Shown one piece after another: positions 24,901 through 39,900 of a DNA stretch of 64,000 nt (positions are counted from its first letter, which is position 1; every line of letters starts with the position of its first letter). The notes beneath the pieces were generated by a model. That model saw only the letters and a program-made list of their open reading frames with translations, did not search any database and was not told the DNA's origin. This DNA is from Mobula hypostoma (Eukaryota): positions 105,464,001 through 105,528,000 of the forward strand of contig NC_086107.1 in the NCBI RefSeq assembly GCF_963921235.1, in the 5' to 3' direction. A program made the position numbers and the translations under genes.

Positions 24901-27900
24901 TTTCTTTGCCCAGAGTCCTCGGTGGTTAGAAGCTGGGCCTGGGGCACATGTCGGGTGTCCGGTACCGGATTCCGGGGCAGGGGAGGGAGGTGGAGTGGAA
25001 GTAGGATGGGGGGGGGGTGGGGTAGAGTAGAGAGAGTGGTGAGGAAGGGATCAGATGAGGGGAGAGCGATGCAGTGGTAGATTGGATGGAAGATGAGGGG
25101 AAGGTGAGAAGAAGAGGGGGTTGTGGCAGAAGGATGGATGGTTGTATATGTGCAGGCTCACCACCCACTATCCCCCCTCCCACCGTCCTTCTGCACTGCC
25201 CTCTTTCCTTTTCATTGTGTCATAGAACATTACAGCACGTAAACAGTCTATTGGGCTCTTCTAGAACAGCCTTCCATACTCCTCTCAGCCAGGTACCTAT
25301 ACAAACTACTCTTAAATGTTGAAGTCAAGTGTGCATTCACACGTTCTATTGACAGCTTGTTCCACACTCGTACCATTCTGAGTGAAGATGTTTCCCCTTA
25401 TGTTCCCCTTAAACATTTCACCTTTCACCCTTAACCCATTTTCTCTTGTTCTAAAACCATAAGACGTAGTAGCAGAATTAGGTCTTTTGGCTCACCAAGT
25501 CTGCTCCACCAGCCCATTGTGGCAGTTTTATTATCCCTCTGTTTTCCTGCCTTCTCCCTGTAAACTTTAACATCCTGGTTAATCAAAAACTTAACAAAAT
25601 CCGCTTTTAAGTATACCCAAAGTCTTCTGATGACACCAGCAATGAATTCCAGTGATTCACTGCCCTCTGGCTAAAGAAATTCCTCCTCATCTGTGTTAAA
25701 ATGCATGTCCCTCTATTCTGAGGCTGTGCCCTCTGATCCCAGACTCACTCTATTTAGGAAACATCCTCTCCACATCCACTCTATAATGAAGGAGATCGTG
25801 ATCTTTGACCATGATTGTTCTTGGCAAGTTTTTCTACAGAAGTAGTTTGCCATTGCCACCTTCTAAGCAGTGTCTTTACAAGATGGATGACCCCGGCTGT
25901 TATCGATACCCTCTAAAGACTGCCTGCCTGGTGTCAGTGGTTGCATAACCAGGACTTGTGATGTGCACCAGCTGCCTGTATGACCATCCCACCTGCTCCC
26001 ATGGCTTCATGTGTCCCTGATTGGTGTGGGGGGGTGCAGGTGCTACTTCTTGCCCAAGGGTGACCTGCAGGCTAGCGGAGGGAAGGAGCACCTTACACCT
26101 CCTTTGGTACAGACATATCTCCACCCTGCCACCTCAATTGTGTACCCCTATCTTCAAGTCCTGGCAACATCCTTGTAAGTTTTCTCTGCACTCTTTCTTG
26201 GTGGTTGACCAGAAGTACACACAATACTCCAAATTAGGCCTCACCAATGTCTTATTCAACTTCAACATAATATCCCAATTCCTGTACTCAATAATTTGAT
26301 TTATGAAGGCCAATATGCCAAAAGCTCTCTTTATTACCCTATCAAGGAATTATGGGTCTATATTCTCAGATCGCTCTGTTGTACTGCAATCTGCAGTGCC
26401 CTTCTGCTCATTGTGAAAATACAACCCTGGTTGGACCTCTCAAAGTGCAAGGCTTCAAATTTGTCTGCATTAAATTCCATCTATTATTTTTCCAGATGAT
26501 TCAGATCCCTCTGCAAGCTATGACCGCCTTCCTTGCTGTCCGCTACACCCCCAAACTTCGTGTCATCCGCAAATTTTCTGATCTATTTTACTACATTATC
26601 ATCTAGATCATTGGCATAGATGATGAAAAAACAGTGTGTCCAGTACAGATCCCTGGGGAACACTGCTAGTCACAGTCCGCCCGCGAAATCAATGTCAAAT
26701 AGAACTTACTATCTTGCCTTGAGTGCCAAGCGACTGAACCTATTGGACCAACCTCCCGTGTGGGACCTTGTCAAAGGCCTTGCGTGTAGACAATACCCAC
26801 TGTCTTTACCTTTTTCAACTTTCCTGGTAACTTCTTTGAAAAACTATAAGATTGGTTAGACGCAAACTACCATGCACAAAGCCACATTGACTACCCCTAA
26901 TCTGTCCCTGTCTATCCAAGTACGTGTATGTTTTGTCCCTTAGAATACTTTCCAATAACTTAGCCACTACTGATGTCAGGCTCACCAGCCTATAATTTCT
27001 CGGCTTGTTCTTAGTGTCTTTCTTAAACAAGAGAACAACCTTAGATATCCTACACCTCACCCATGGCCAAAGATGTTTTAAACATCTCTGCTAGGGCTCC
27101 TGCAGTTTCTGCACTAGGCTCCCACAAGGTCCAAGGGAACACCTTTTCAGGCTGTGGGGAACTTAATCACCCTGATTTACCTCTTTGACAGCAAGCAGCT
27201 CCTCTGGAATCTGTATATACCTAGTCCGTGACCTTACTGCTGGTTTGCATCACCTCTGTAGACTCTGTCCGTCTTCCTAGTAAATACAGATGCAAATTAT
27301 CCATTTAAGATCTCCCCATATCCTTCGACTCCATGCATATATGGCCTTTCTGATCTTCAAGAGGACCAGTTTTGTCATTTGCTCTCCTTTTGCTCTTAAT
27401 ATATCTGTAGAAGCCCTTGGGCTTCTCCTTCACCTTGTCTGCTAGAGCAACCTCATGCCTACTGATTTCCTCCTTAAGTCTTCTTTTGTTCTTGTACTTC
27501 TCAAGTACCTCATTTGTTCCTGGCTGCCTATACCTGCTGTGCGCCTCCTTCTTAACCAGGACCTCAATATCTCAAAAACCATGGTTCCCTAAACCTTTTA
27601 TTCTGACAGGAACCGTGTACTCTCAAAATTTCACCTTTGAATGCTTCCCACTTAGCCAGCACATCTTTGCCAGAAAACAATCTTTCCTACTCCACACTTG
27701 CCAGATCCTTTCTGATACCATCATGGTTGGTCTTTCTCCAATGTACAACCCCAACCTGAGGACCAGACCCATCTTTCTTCATAATTATATTGAATCTAAT
27801 GGCGTTATGATCATTAGGTCCAGTGTTCCCCTACTCACAGTTCTGCCACTTTCCTTGACTTTTGTTCACTAATAGGAGATCCAGTATCACAATCTCTCTA

Positions 27901-30900
27901 GTTCAGATCTCTATATATTGATTAAGGAAACTTAACTGAACGCATTTGACACAAACTATCCCATCTAGCCCTTTTACAGTATGGTAGTCCCAGTCAATAT
28001 GTGGAAAGGTAAAAATCATCTACGATCATGACCTTATGTTTTTTGCAACTGTTTGTGATTACTTTACAAATTTGTTCCACTAAATCCCACTGATTGGGTG
28101 GTCTATAATATAATTCCATTAATGTGATCATCATTCTTTATTCCGCAGTTGCACCACATAGTGTCAGTAGAGAAGCTCTCTAGTTTATTGTGTCTGAGCA
28201 CTGTTGTGACATTTTCCCTGTCTAGTAATGCTATCCTTCCCCTTTAATCCCTCCTGCACTGTCATATATAGAACAACGGCACCCCAGAGCATTGAGCTGC
28301 CTGTCCTGCCCCTCCTGCAGTGGTTACAGTGTTATGATTCCACGTGCTGATCCACTGCCTTTCCTATGATACTCTATGCATTGAGATAGATGCAGCTCTG
28401 AACATTATACCCACCATACTCAACATTTCAATTCTTGTTTTTGTATGTAGGGTTAACAACGTCTTTTCCTACAACCACTGTATCTGCTGTAGCCCTCTGG
28501 TTCCCATCTCCCTGTAGCTCTAGTTTTTAAACACCCCTCCCCCTTCCCCCAGTGCAACACTAGCAAACCTTCCTACAATGATGCTCACAACGCGCTGGAG
28601 GAACTCAGCAGGTCGGGCAGCATCCGTGGAAACGATCAGTCAATGTTTCAGGCCGGAACCCTTCGTCAGGACTGTAGGGAGAAGGGGCAGAGGCCCTATA
28701 AAGAAGGTGGGGGGAGGGTGGCAAGGAGAAGGTCTGCTTCCTACAATGATATTTGCCCCCCTGCAGTTCAGGTACAAACCATGCTACCTGTACAGGTCCC
28801 CCTTTCCCTGGAAGAGATTCCAATGATCCTAAAACCTGAATCCCTCCCTTCTGCACCATCCGTGTGTTAAATTCTATTAGCTTCCTATCTCTGGCCTCAC
28901 TAGCACGTGGCACAGGTAGCAGTCCTCGTATCACAACCCTGGAGGTCCTGTCCCTTAACTTGGCACCTAACTCCCTGAACTCACTTTGCAAGATCTCGTC
29001 ACCCTTCCTACCCATGCCATTGGTGCTGAAATGCACCACAATCTCTGCATGTTAACCATCCCACTAAAGAATGTTGTAGACGCGAGCCGAGATGTCCCTG
29101 GCACCCAGGAGGCAACATACCATCTGGGAATCCCGTTCTCATCTATGGAACCCTGTCTGTTCCGCTAACCATAGAATCTCCTTTCGCTACAGCTTGCCTC
29201 CTCCCCCGTTCCCTTCTGAGCCACAGAGCGAGACTTGGCACCAGAGACCTAACCACTGTGGCTTTCTTCTGCTACGTTATCCCCCAAAAGTATCCAACAG
29301 TATATCTGTTCTTGAGGGGAATGACAACAGAGTTAACCTTTTCCCCCTTCTGATGGGCTCCCAATTACCCATGTCCTGCATTTGGGTGTAACTACCTCTT
29401 GGTCTTGAAGATCTCCCTTGGATATCTCTGTAGCCGTCAACGTGACGCCGTAAGTACTGCGTTGCTGCAAACCCTACGCAAAGCCGACGCGGAACCCTAT
29501 GCGAGAGCCTGCGTTGCTGCGGCGCGCACCTCTCCGAAAATGTAACCGCGCGTTGCGGCAACGCAGACCGCAACAGCTGTGATTGGTCCGCTTGGTAGCA
29601 TTGCATTTCCTCCTACGCTGCAATAGCTTCCCATTGGGTGACTGAAGGACAGGGAAGGAACCCCGGCTGCAATGCTTTCCATAAAGCTTTACAGACCTCC
29701 AAAATTATGGAGGACACATTTCGCTTTTACGAAAAAAGATGCTCGCTTCTTGCTTACCCCGAGAAAGACTACCATGACCATGAAGCCTTGCGCGGGCAGG
29801 TGTGTGCGCATGCGTGACGTGCGCGAATTGCAGAGCGGCGCAGACACACCAACGCGCAAGTATAAATACTCACAACGCGCCTAAGTCACTCGCGTAGGTT
29901 ACGGCGTCCAGTTAACGCAGAAGTATAAATCAGGCTTGTGTCAACCATCAGCACCTCCATCCCTTTTCCCATAGCCTTGCTGTGGGAGCAGTCATGCCCG
30001 AGGCCCTTATTTGAATTTTCCTGAAGGGTTGTCGGAATGTGTAACTCAGTTTTTGTATCTCTTGCTTCTTTGTATTGTAGGGTGTGACTGAGGTTTTGTG
30101 TGAGGCCTGTCAGCAACTGGGATGGAAATCTCCAACCAGCATCCAGAAAGAAGCTTTGCCCATGGCCTTGCAAGGTGAGAGATAGAGCAAAAGTAGCTGC
30201 TGTCTGGCTGGATATCGCAAATCTTTTTTTGCTGTTCAGCTGTAGGTATTTTCCTGTCTGGTTGCTAATTGAAGCTTTGGTGACCTGGTTAATGTTTGCA
30301 TTTTTGCACATAGCAATCACCTGCCCAGTAGGGTGTTAAAAATTCCTGTGGCAATTTCGGAAGGGGAAGTTCCTCCTGAGTGTCTGGGCTCACATTTAAC
30401 CATAAACATCACTCAACAGAAATCCCCAGCTTGTCATTAAATTGGTAATCACAAGAGCTCTTTCTGCATGGGCTGTGTTCCCCGTTTCCCGATGTTGCAA
30501 CTTTTTTTTTGAGGATGTGATGGAGACTTAGTAGAGGGGAACTAGTCGATGTAGTGTATTTAAATTTCCAAAAGGCATTTGACATGAGGCCCTCTGTTGG
30601 TCAGGGTCAACCATGGATATTACGTCCTTACTGTATGTGATACGCAAGCCAAGGCAGTATGATATGGAGAGCAAGCTGTTGCCCACGTGGCAGGCATCCC
30701 TTCTCCACGCAGCCGATAAACCCAGAGGATTGTCGGAGACCAATACAGTTTGGCATCAGCAGAGTCGCAAGAGTTGCCAGTCAGCGTTGAATGCAATCTA
30801 GGATTGCCTTAGGGCAGGGGTCCCCACCCTTTTTTCCTCCGCAGACCGGTTTAATATTGACAATATTCTTGCGGACCGGCCGACCAGTGGGGGGGTGGGG

Positions 30901-33900
30901 GTTGGGTGTTAATCACGACTGGAAAACAGGTGATAAGTCAACTAAGTCACTTATAAGTGGCTAATATACTCAATTTCATTTCTAAAAGGGTTTATCTAAT
31001 GAATTTAATATTAAACACATAGCACATATTTTCCCCGTATGAACATATAAAATCATTGCAATACACCAATATCGGTGAATCAGTGGGAGCCCTGGGGTTG
31101 TTTCCTTGCAACAAGATGGTCCTATCGAGGGGTGATGGGAGACAGCGATACTCGAAGGGGGTTCCTTGTGTCCAGTCTATTCCGCAATTTAGTTTTCGTT
31201 GGATTCATTGCAGAAAACTCCACTTCGCAGCGATATGATTTTGGAATTGGAAGCAACGTTTTCAGTGTTTTCGTGGCTATCTCAGGATATTCAGCCTTGA
31301 CTTTGATCCAGAATGCCGACAAAGACGTTAATGTCAAACATACTTTTCAGCCCGCCGTCATTTGCAAGCTTGAGGAGTTGATCATCTTCCCGCACTGACA
31401 TAGATGACGCGTGGGTAATGACCTCGCGTGCGTTCCAAGTTCCGACAGTGGGCGTCGCAGGGAATGAGGAAAGGTGCAGCTGACTCATATCATTTCATAT
31501 CGCCAAATCATATCGTTTCCTCGCGGCCCGGTGGTTGGAGACCACTGTCTTAGGGACTCGGGCTCTGGATTTTTCCTCAGGGTTTACTCCCAAAGCACTC
31601 TCCATCAGTGGGTATAGACGCAAGGTAGCAGAGGTTTGAGATTAGAGTTTTCCTTCTAGATGAGCTGCCAAACATGGCTGACGAGCCCCATCTGCCTGAA
31701 GGGACTGGTTTTAAATGCCAGAAACCTGCCCTGGTGCCTTCTGTCAGTAGTAACGGTAACGTTGTGCTTAGTAGCCACATGTGAAGCCTATGAGCTGGGC
31801 TTGGTTGTCAGAGGCTGTCTGAGACGCATGACGTTGGGAGCATTTAATAGGTAGTGGGAACTCATCCCCACCACCACGACTGACTATAACAACCTTAAGG
31901 AACTGGCATTTGACAAGATGCCATGTAAAATGCCGGTGAATAAATTAACAAACTAAAGTATTAGAAGAAGTGTGTTATCATGGAATGAAAACTATTTGTA
32001 ACATCGAAAAACAAAGAGCTGGAGAAAGTTGGTCCTCCTCAGGCACGAGGAATGTAATTGGTAAATTATACCAGTGGTTTTTGGTCCTCACATTTTAATT
32101 TAATGACCTGGATGAAGGAAAAGAAATTGAAGTTTTTAAAGTTTGCCAATGATATGGAAATGGATGGAAGAGCATGTTGTGGTTCTGCAGTGTGCTGTGG
32201 AATGGGTGACTGGGCAAAAGACCTGGAGTTTAATGTTGGTAATTGTAGGCAATGCTCTTCATTTAAGAGCGATGAAGAGGTGCATATGTAGACAATTTCT
32301 CTAACTGTGGACTGATGAACACTCGGATCTTTAGAAATGTTTTTGTAGCCTTTTCCAGCTTTGCATCTCTACAATTCTTCTGAGGTCCTCTGAAAGTTGT
32401 TTTGATCGAGGCATGGTGCACATAAGCAGAACTTTCTTGAGAAGAGCAGGCTCTGTCAGTAACCTGATTTACTGTGTCTTTTTTCATAAGGCAGGGCACC
32501 TCTACAACCCACACCTCCAATCTCGTCTCACTGACTGGAACACCTGATTCCAAATAGCTTTTGGAAAAGGCATTACCCCGGAGGTTCATGTACTTCTTTG
32601 AATCTAGACTGTGATTGTGTAAATGGTCTACTCAGTATTGATGAGAAGAAGTAGAATTATTTGTGTGTTATTAATTTAGGCAGATTGTGTTTGTCTATTA
32701 TTGTGACTTAGAAGAAGATCTCATCATTTTTTATGAGTAATGCAGAAAACCAGTGAATTGTAAAGAGTTCACAAACTTTTTCTTGCAACTGTACCTCAAT
32801 TGGATCACACTTGAGTCTCACAGTATGATAGAAAATGAATCTGATAGCCAAAGTAAAATCACTTGCCAGTAGCATAGAACATAGAACAGCACAATACAGG
32901 TCCTTTGGCCCATGATGTTCCGACCTTTTAACCTACTCCAAAATCAATAGAGTTCTTCCACACACATCAAAGGGATACGAGAGGATCATGGGACAGGAGG
33001 CCTAGGGAGAAAGAAAGGGGGAGGGGGGAAGCCCAGAGGATGGGCAAGGGGTATAGTGAGAGGGACAGAGGGAGAAAAAGGAGAGAGAGAAAAAGAATGT
33101 GTGTATATAAATAAATAATGGATGGGGTACGAGGGGGAGGTGGGGCATTAGCAGAAGTTAGAGAAGTTGATGTTCATGCCATCAGGTTGGAGGCTACCCA
33201 GACGGAATATAAAGTGTCGTTCCTCCAACCTGAGTGTCCCAGACAGAATATAGCGTGTTGTTCCTCCAACCTGAGTCTATCCACGGCCTCCTCTACTGTA
33301 AAGATGAAGCCACACTCAGGTTGGAGGAACAACCCTGTTTGTTTATATACACACATTCTTTCTCTCTCTGTCCTTTTTCTCCCTCTGTCCCTCTGACTAT
33401 ACCCCTTGTCCATCCTCTAGGTTTTTCTCCCCCCTCCGCCTTTTCCTTCTCCCTGGGCCTCCTGTCCCATGATCCTCTCATATCCCTTTTGCCAATCACC
33501 TGTCCAGCTCTTGGCTCCATCCCTCCCCCTCCTGTCTTCTCTTATCATTTTGGATCTCCCCCTCCCCCTCCCACTTTCAAATCTCTTACTAGCTCTTCCT
33601 TCAGTTAGTCCTGACGAAGGGCCTCGCCCTGAAACGTCGACTGTACCTCTTCCTAGAGATGCTGCCTGGCCTGCTGCGTTCACCAGCAACTTTGATGTGT
33701 GTTGCATGAATTTCCAGCATCTGCAGAATTCCTCGTATAATAGAATTCTTCCTTCCCTTACAACCCTTCATTTTTTTTTCATCCAAGTGTCTATCTCAAG
33801 TCTCTTAAATTAATATATATGGCTCTACCACTAACCCTGGCAGCATGTTCCATGCACTTAACCGCTACCTGGTTGCTTTACTGTTTGGTATGGAGAGGCC

Positions 33901-36900
33901 ACTGCACAGGATAAGTAAAAACTGCAGGGGTTTTCAGCTCCATCTTAGGTATTTGTCTCCCGGTCATCAAGGACACCTTCAAAAGTTGATTCCTCAGAAA
34001 GATGGCTTCCATCATTAAGGGCCCCCACCATCCATAACTGCCATCGAAAAGGAGGTACGGAAACCTGAAGATACACAGTTAATGTTTTATGGAGAGCTTC
34101 TCCCCCCCGCCCCCGTCAGATTACTGAATGGACAATGAATCCATGAACACCATCTCACTACTTTTGCTCTCTTTTTGCAGTAAATTTATTTTTTTTGTAT
34201 GTTTCTTATTGTAATTTATAGTATTTTGTGTATTGCATTGTTCTGCTGCCGCAAAACAACAGATTTCATGACGCGTCAGTGATGATAAACCTGATTCTCT
34301 GTGTCAAAAAACCTAGCATTATCGAATTATGGCCGAGTTGTACTGATTTAACTGTCAATCTCAAAGCTCATGCTTGTATTAGTAAAGCCAGATTTCCTGA
34401 TTGTATCCACCAACTATGTCAGGTTTTTGGGAGCCTTTAACACTAACGCAGTATAAAACTCACCAGTGTCTCAGTGTGAACTAAAGATTACCACTAAGCA
34501 CGTACCTCAGCATTTTCTGGGCACCCACCTCTTGCTCCACTTGTGTTGAGCTGGGCTGCATTTGACCATGACTCCCTCTTTCGTTCAGGGCGGGACATCA
34601 TTGGCCTGGCTGAGACTGGCTCTGGAAAGACGGGCGCCTTCGCCCTGCCGATTCTGCAGGCCTTGCTGGAGAAACCTCAGCGCCTCTTTGCGCTTGTCCT
34701 GACGCCGACCCGGGAGCTGGCCTTCCAGATCTCCGAGCAGTTTGAGGCCCTGGGTTCTTCGATTGGAGTGAAGTCCGGTCAGTAAGTGATGCCTTGTGGG
34801 GATGGGGAGAAAGGAGTTATGTTGAGTTCGGATGGGGAGTGGGGGAGAGAGAAAAGTTATGATGGGATGTGGTATATTTGGAGGAAAAAGAAAATTTATG
34901 GATGGTGTGAGGTGAGGTATAGGCAGTGGTGCGAGTTGGTGTAGATTGAGGTTGTGTAATTTATAAGGTGTTCTTTGCCTTTCATCCGCACTGGAATGCA
35001 ATAGTAAAACCACCCTGTGGCCAGGTCATTTCATGTTTGATGCATTGCCTGTTATCGTCAGTGCCAAAAACTGTCATTGGTTACAAGATACTAAAATGGT
35101 TCATGGTTTTGTTGGGACGTGGTGCTATGGTGAGGACCTCCTGTTTCTCCTAATCTGATGAATCTGCCTTTTCCCTTGCAGCGGTGATTGTGGGCGGAAT
35201 TGATATGATGTCACAGAGTCTTGCTTTGGCGAAGAAACCGCATGTCATCATAGGTGAGTTCTGGCTTTCCTGTGTCCTCCTTCTTCTTCTAAACACTGGC
35301 TGGTACGAGGCTACCTGCTGTCCCTCCGACTTCTGGGTATTCCTTGGCCCCTTCTGATGAAGTCTTTTTGTAGGAGTCAGGGCGAATATCTCTGTCTCAA
35401 ACTAGCAGAATCTATTTTATGTGATGAGACGCTGTTAGGGAAATTAATTTGCCAAGGAATTTCAATTAAAGTCCCTAATAAATTGGACACGGGCTTCAAA
35501 GTGACTAGAGAGTGCCTTTATTCATGTTTAAGGGAAGAATGACTCAGTTAACGGTGTGATCATCGAGTCTTCCAAAGAATAGTCACGGCCCTTTTTATGT
35601 ACGCACACCGAAGGTCAATTACATCAAAGTTCAAAAAGTCAATCCTGTGTGTTTTATCAATTCTAACAAAAAGGCAGTCTCTTTTCTACCCACAACACAC
35701 AGATAGGTTGTCAGAACATCCTTAAAACTAAGATAGATTATTGTAAATGTGCTAAGAACCCAGGCCAAATGGTGAGTCTTTATTTATGATCTGAAGAAGG
35801 TTCATTAAACCTTAGATGCAATAAGTCATTAAAGTATCATTTGTTTTGTTTGTTACTACCAGACTGGTGAAGGAAAACCATACACACGATTTAATTATCG
35901 GGAACTTGACAGCCCACAGGGTCCTCCCCACAGTTTGTGACCTTCACTGTCTCCATCTTGTTTACAGTACTGTGTTATGCACTAGAATCAGCACTAGGCA
36001 TATTGTTAGTTAAAGGAAGGTGCAGGGTGCTAACAACTCAGATATTTTAAAAGTTTATTCAGAGTTTTCTTCCTCATTAAGTCACGTGGCCTCGTGGTGT
36101 ACCGCAGTAGGCTAGAGAGCAGTCTTGTGTTCACAGCAGTACCCTGAAGGGCAGCACCACCATTCTCTGCTGATCTAGGCATTAAACAATACAGTCACGC
36201 AATTCTATAGTCTTGCAAAGGTATTTACCCGACCCAGTTGGCCAAAATCCTCCACAGATTCACAAATGCTACATTTAAATTTTGTGTGAATGAAAGAGAC
36301 AAAGTAAAGGCTTTTACAAATTAGATTCTACACATGATCAAACAACCCAGGCGATGACTTTAACCCAGCAACTATATTTCTTTATTGATCGCTCACCTTC
36401 TTTTCCATTCCCCATTCTGGCTCCCCCCTTGCCCCTTCTCTTCTCTTCTCCTGCCTATTACTGCCCTCTTTAAGTCCTGATGAAGGGTCTCAGCCTGAAA
36501 CAGCGACTGTTTCTCTTTTCCACAGATGCTGCCTGGCCTGCTGAGCTCCTCCAGCATTTTGTGTGTTGCTTGGATTTCGAGCATCTGCAGATTTTCTTTT
36601 GTTTGTGACTGTTCTCTGGTGCCCTTTCTCCCATGGTCTGCTCTACTTCCTATAAGATTCTTTCTTCTTCAGCCCTTAAATTTTTTCACCTATCACCTCC
36701 CAGCTTCTCACTTCACCATCCCCTTCCCCCTCACTTGGTCTCATCTATCACCTGCCAGCTTGTACTCCTTTGCCTCCCTGCCTTCTTATTCTGGCTTCCT
36801 CTCCTTCCTTTCCAGTCCAGATGAAGGGTCTTGGCCCAAGACGTTGGCTCTTTATTCCTCTCGATAGATGCTGCCTGAGTTCCTCCAGTACGTCTGTCCG

Positions 36901-39900
36901 TCCCTCCCCACCGCGATTTAATCCTAGCCTAATCACGGGACAATTGGGTCAACACAAAATTGCTCTTTTCTTGCTTCAATACCTTCAGCTAGATGTCAAT
37001 CAAATCTTCACTATGCTTCATGGTCTTTTTAGCTATTTAGCACAAGGCTGTATTCCTGTGCTTAAAATTTACCTCTCCCAGTCCCCGGGGATCATGGATG
37101 ATTCAGTTCCACTCTGATGGCTTTTAAAGAATCAGAAGAAAGCAGTGTGCAGAATCCTTCACGGTCGCTGGAGGATAATTTGTGAGCTGGTATATTCCTT
37201 CCACTGAGGTATTTGAGCTCCCTGTGTTGGTACTCAAGATCCCAAATGGTTTATCCCAATTTGTTTGGGAAAGGGCCAGGGATTCCTGGGAGTCAGCAGG
37301 GATATAGCATTTTTCAGGGAGATTCTATGCACGTTCTTGAATCTCTTCCTCTGTCCACCTGGTCATCTCTTTTCATGCCAGAGCTCAAAACGTTGTCCAT
37401 TGCGGAAGTCCACCATCTGGTTTTCAATAATGTGGTCTGGAAAAAAAATTGCTCTTATGTTTTTGATGTATTATTTATAGCCAAAGTTTTGCAAGGGGTT
37501 ATTTTTTTCCCATGTTGTGCTCTTAGGTAAGGTCTCAATTTCATGTAGCCATAAATCTTGAATAGGTGGCCGCATGGCATATTGGATTCTGCAGTAACAG
37601 CAGTAATAGTTACTGCACTGGATAGTCCTCACTCCTATGTCAGAACACATACTTTAAACAGGAGGCACTTGATCCGGAAGACCATATCCCATAAGACAAT
37701 AGGAGCATAATTTGGCCCATCTGGTCTGCCCTGCCATTCCATCATGGCTGATTTATTATCTCTCTCAACCCCATTCTCCTACCTTCTCCCCGTAACCTTT
37801 GAAACCCTTACGAATCAAGGACCTCTGCTTTAAACGTATCCAATAACTTGGTCTCTGCAGATGTTCACAGCAATGAATTCCACAGAATTTCACCACCCTC
37901 TGTCTGAAGAAATTGCCCCTCATCTCTGTTGTAAAGAGACATCCCATTTTGAGGCTGTGCCCTCTGGTCCTAGATCCCCTGTTACTGGAAACATTCTCTC
38001 CAATCTGTCTAGGCCTTTCAATATTTGATAGGTTTCAGTGGAATCCCCCTCATTGTTTTAAACTCCAGCGAGTACTGTCCCAGAACCATCAAGAGCTTCT
38101 TGTGTGTTAAAGAGGAAGAGAAATTCTGCCTGAGTTCATTTCTCCCTGTGACTTTGCACAATGGTCACCCCTGACTCCCAAGTAGAAGTAGGGAGAATCA
38201 ACCCAGGCCTCAGGGCGGGGAATTTCAGCGCTGTTGTGCCATTTCCATGATTTGTTTTCAGAGGACGTTTCTAAAATTGCCTTCTCTCTTTCAGCCACGC
38301 CAGGCCGCCTGATGGATCACCTGCAGAACACGAAGGGCTTTAATCTCCGAGCGCTCAAGTACCTGGTGATGGACGAAGCTGACAGAATCCTTAACATGGA
38401 CTTTGAAGTTGAAGTATGTGAACAAGGATTTCTTGTGCTTTCCTCATTTGTTTCTTTGATGCTGCAGGATTTAATTGGAACCTTTCAGGACTTCAAAGAG
38501 TTTTGTTTTATGGTGTAGTGTCACTGTTCTCACTGACTGTACTGTGATAACTGAGATGATCTTCGAGATGTTTGAGGTGTAAATACCCTAGGGCATTGTA
38601 CTGTTTAGAATTGCACACTGGGATAAGACAGACAGAACTTTGTCGCAATGTCAAACCTCTGACAATGATGTATAACCTCACTGCTGCCCAAGGCTAGAGT
38701 AGGACTTTAACTAGGGACTTTCTGATCAGTACAAAACAGGAACAGGCACTTTAGCCCACAATGTTGTGCCGAAACAGCTAAAAAATAATCTAAATCAAAA
38801 CTAATTCATCCTGCCTACACTATGACCATATCCCTCCATTTTCCTCGTATTCACGTGCCTATCTGAACACCTCTTAAAAGCCTCTAATGTATTTGCCTCC
38901 ACCACCACCATACCAGGTAGTGCACTCCAGGCATCTGCCACTCTCTGAGTAAAAAATACTTAACCCTCACATCCCCTTTGAACCTACCCCCTCACCTTCC
39001 ATGCATGCCTTCTGGTATTAGACATTTCATCCCTGGGATGCTCCCTGTCTTCTCTGTATATGCCTCTCATAATCTTATAAACCTCCATCAGACCTCCCCT
39101 CATCCTCCGCTGCTCCAGAGAAAACAATTCAAGTTTATCCAGCCTCTCATGATATCACATGCCCTCTAAACCGGGCAGCATCCTGGTAAACCTCTTCTGC
39201 ACCCTCTCTCAAAGCCTCAACATCCTTCTTATATTGGGGCAGCTGGAATGGTACGCAGTACTCCAGATGTGGCTTAACCAGAGTTTTATAAATTTGCAGT
39301 CCTGATGGTCTGCTTACTGTTTGACACTGCCTGGATGGCAGAGCAAATGGAGAGGGATACAACACAGGAGCAGGCCCGTTTGCCCACTCCATCTGCGCCA
39401 GGCACCTATTTTGTTCTCACCAGCTTTTCTCAGGTTCTATCCTTTGCCCTTCTCACTAGAGGCAACTTGCAGTGGTCAATGAGCCTAGCAGTTTGACGTG
39501 CGGGAGGAAACCAGAGCCCCCGGGGGGAAGCTGACGCAGTCACAGTGTAAAGTGTACAATCTCGACACAGCAGCAGAGGTTGGGGTTGAACCGGGCTTGC
39601 TGGTGTTCTGGGGAAGCAGCTCTGTCAGCTCTCCTACACTGCAGTCCCAAATGTTCATTCAATTCCAGTAATCTCCAGTGTGATAGTAATGCCTGCTCCC
39701 AAGAAGCATAACCCGTTCCTCCAAACCAGACCTGCCCCTCGGCCAAAGAGCAAAGAGGGCAACTTTGCTCTTGTCCTGTCATGCTGGTTTCAAAGATAAC
39801 GTCATTATTAGAAAATATTTTGGGGCATCTTAGAGTTGTAAAATATCATGGAGTTAGACAGCATGGAAACATGTCCTTTAGCCCAACAGGTCCCTGCTGA

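Noticed and set aside
36474..36850. Tandem hammerhead pair ~340 nt apart as a retrozyme monomer
   Set aside because: Both cores are damaged: the first has CAGC instead of CGTC at the cleavage site, and the second has CAGATGA and lacks GAAA. Better explained as decayed Penelope ends.
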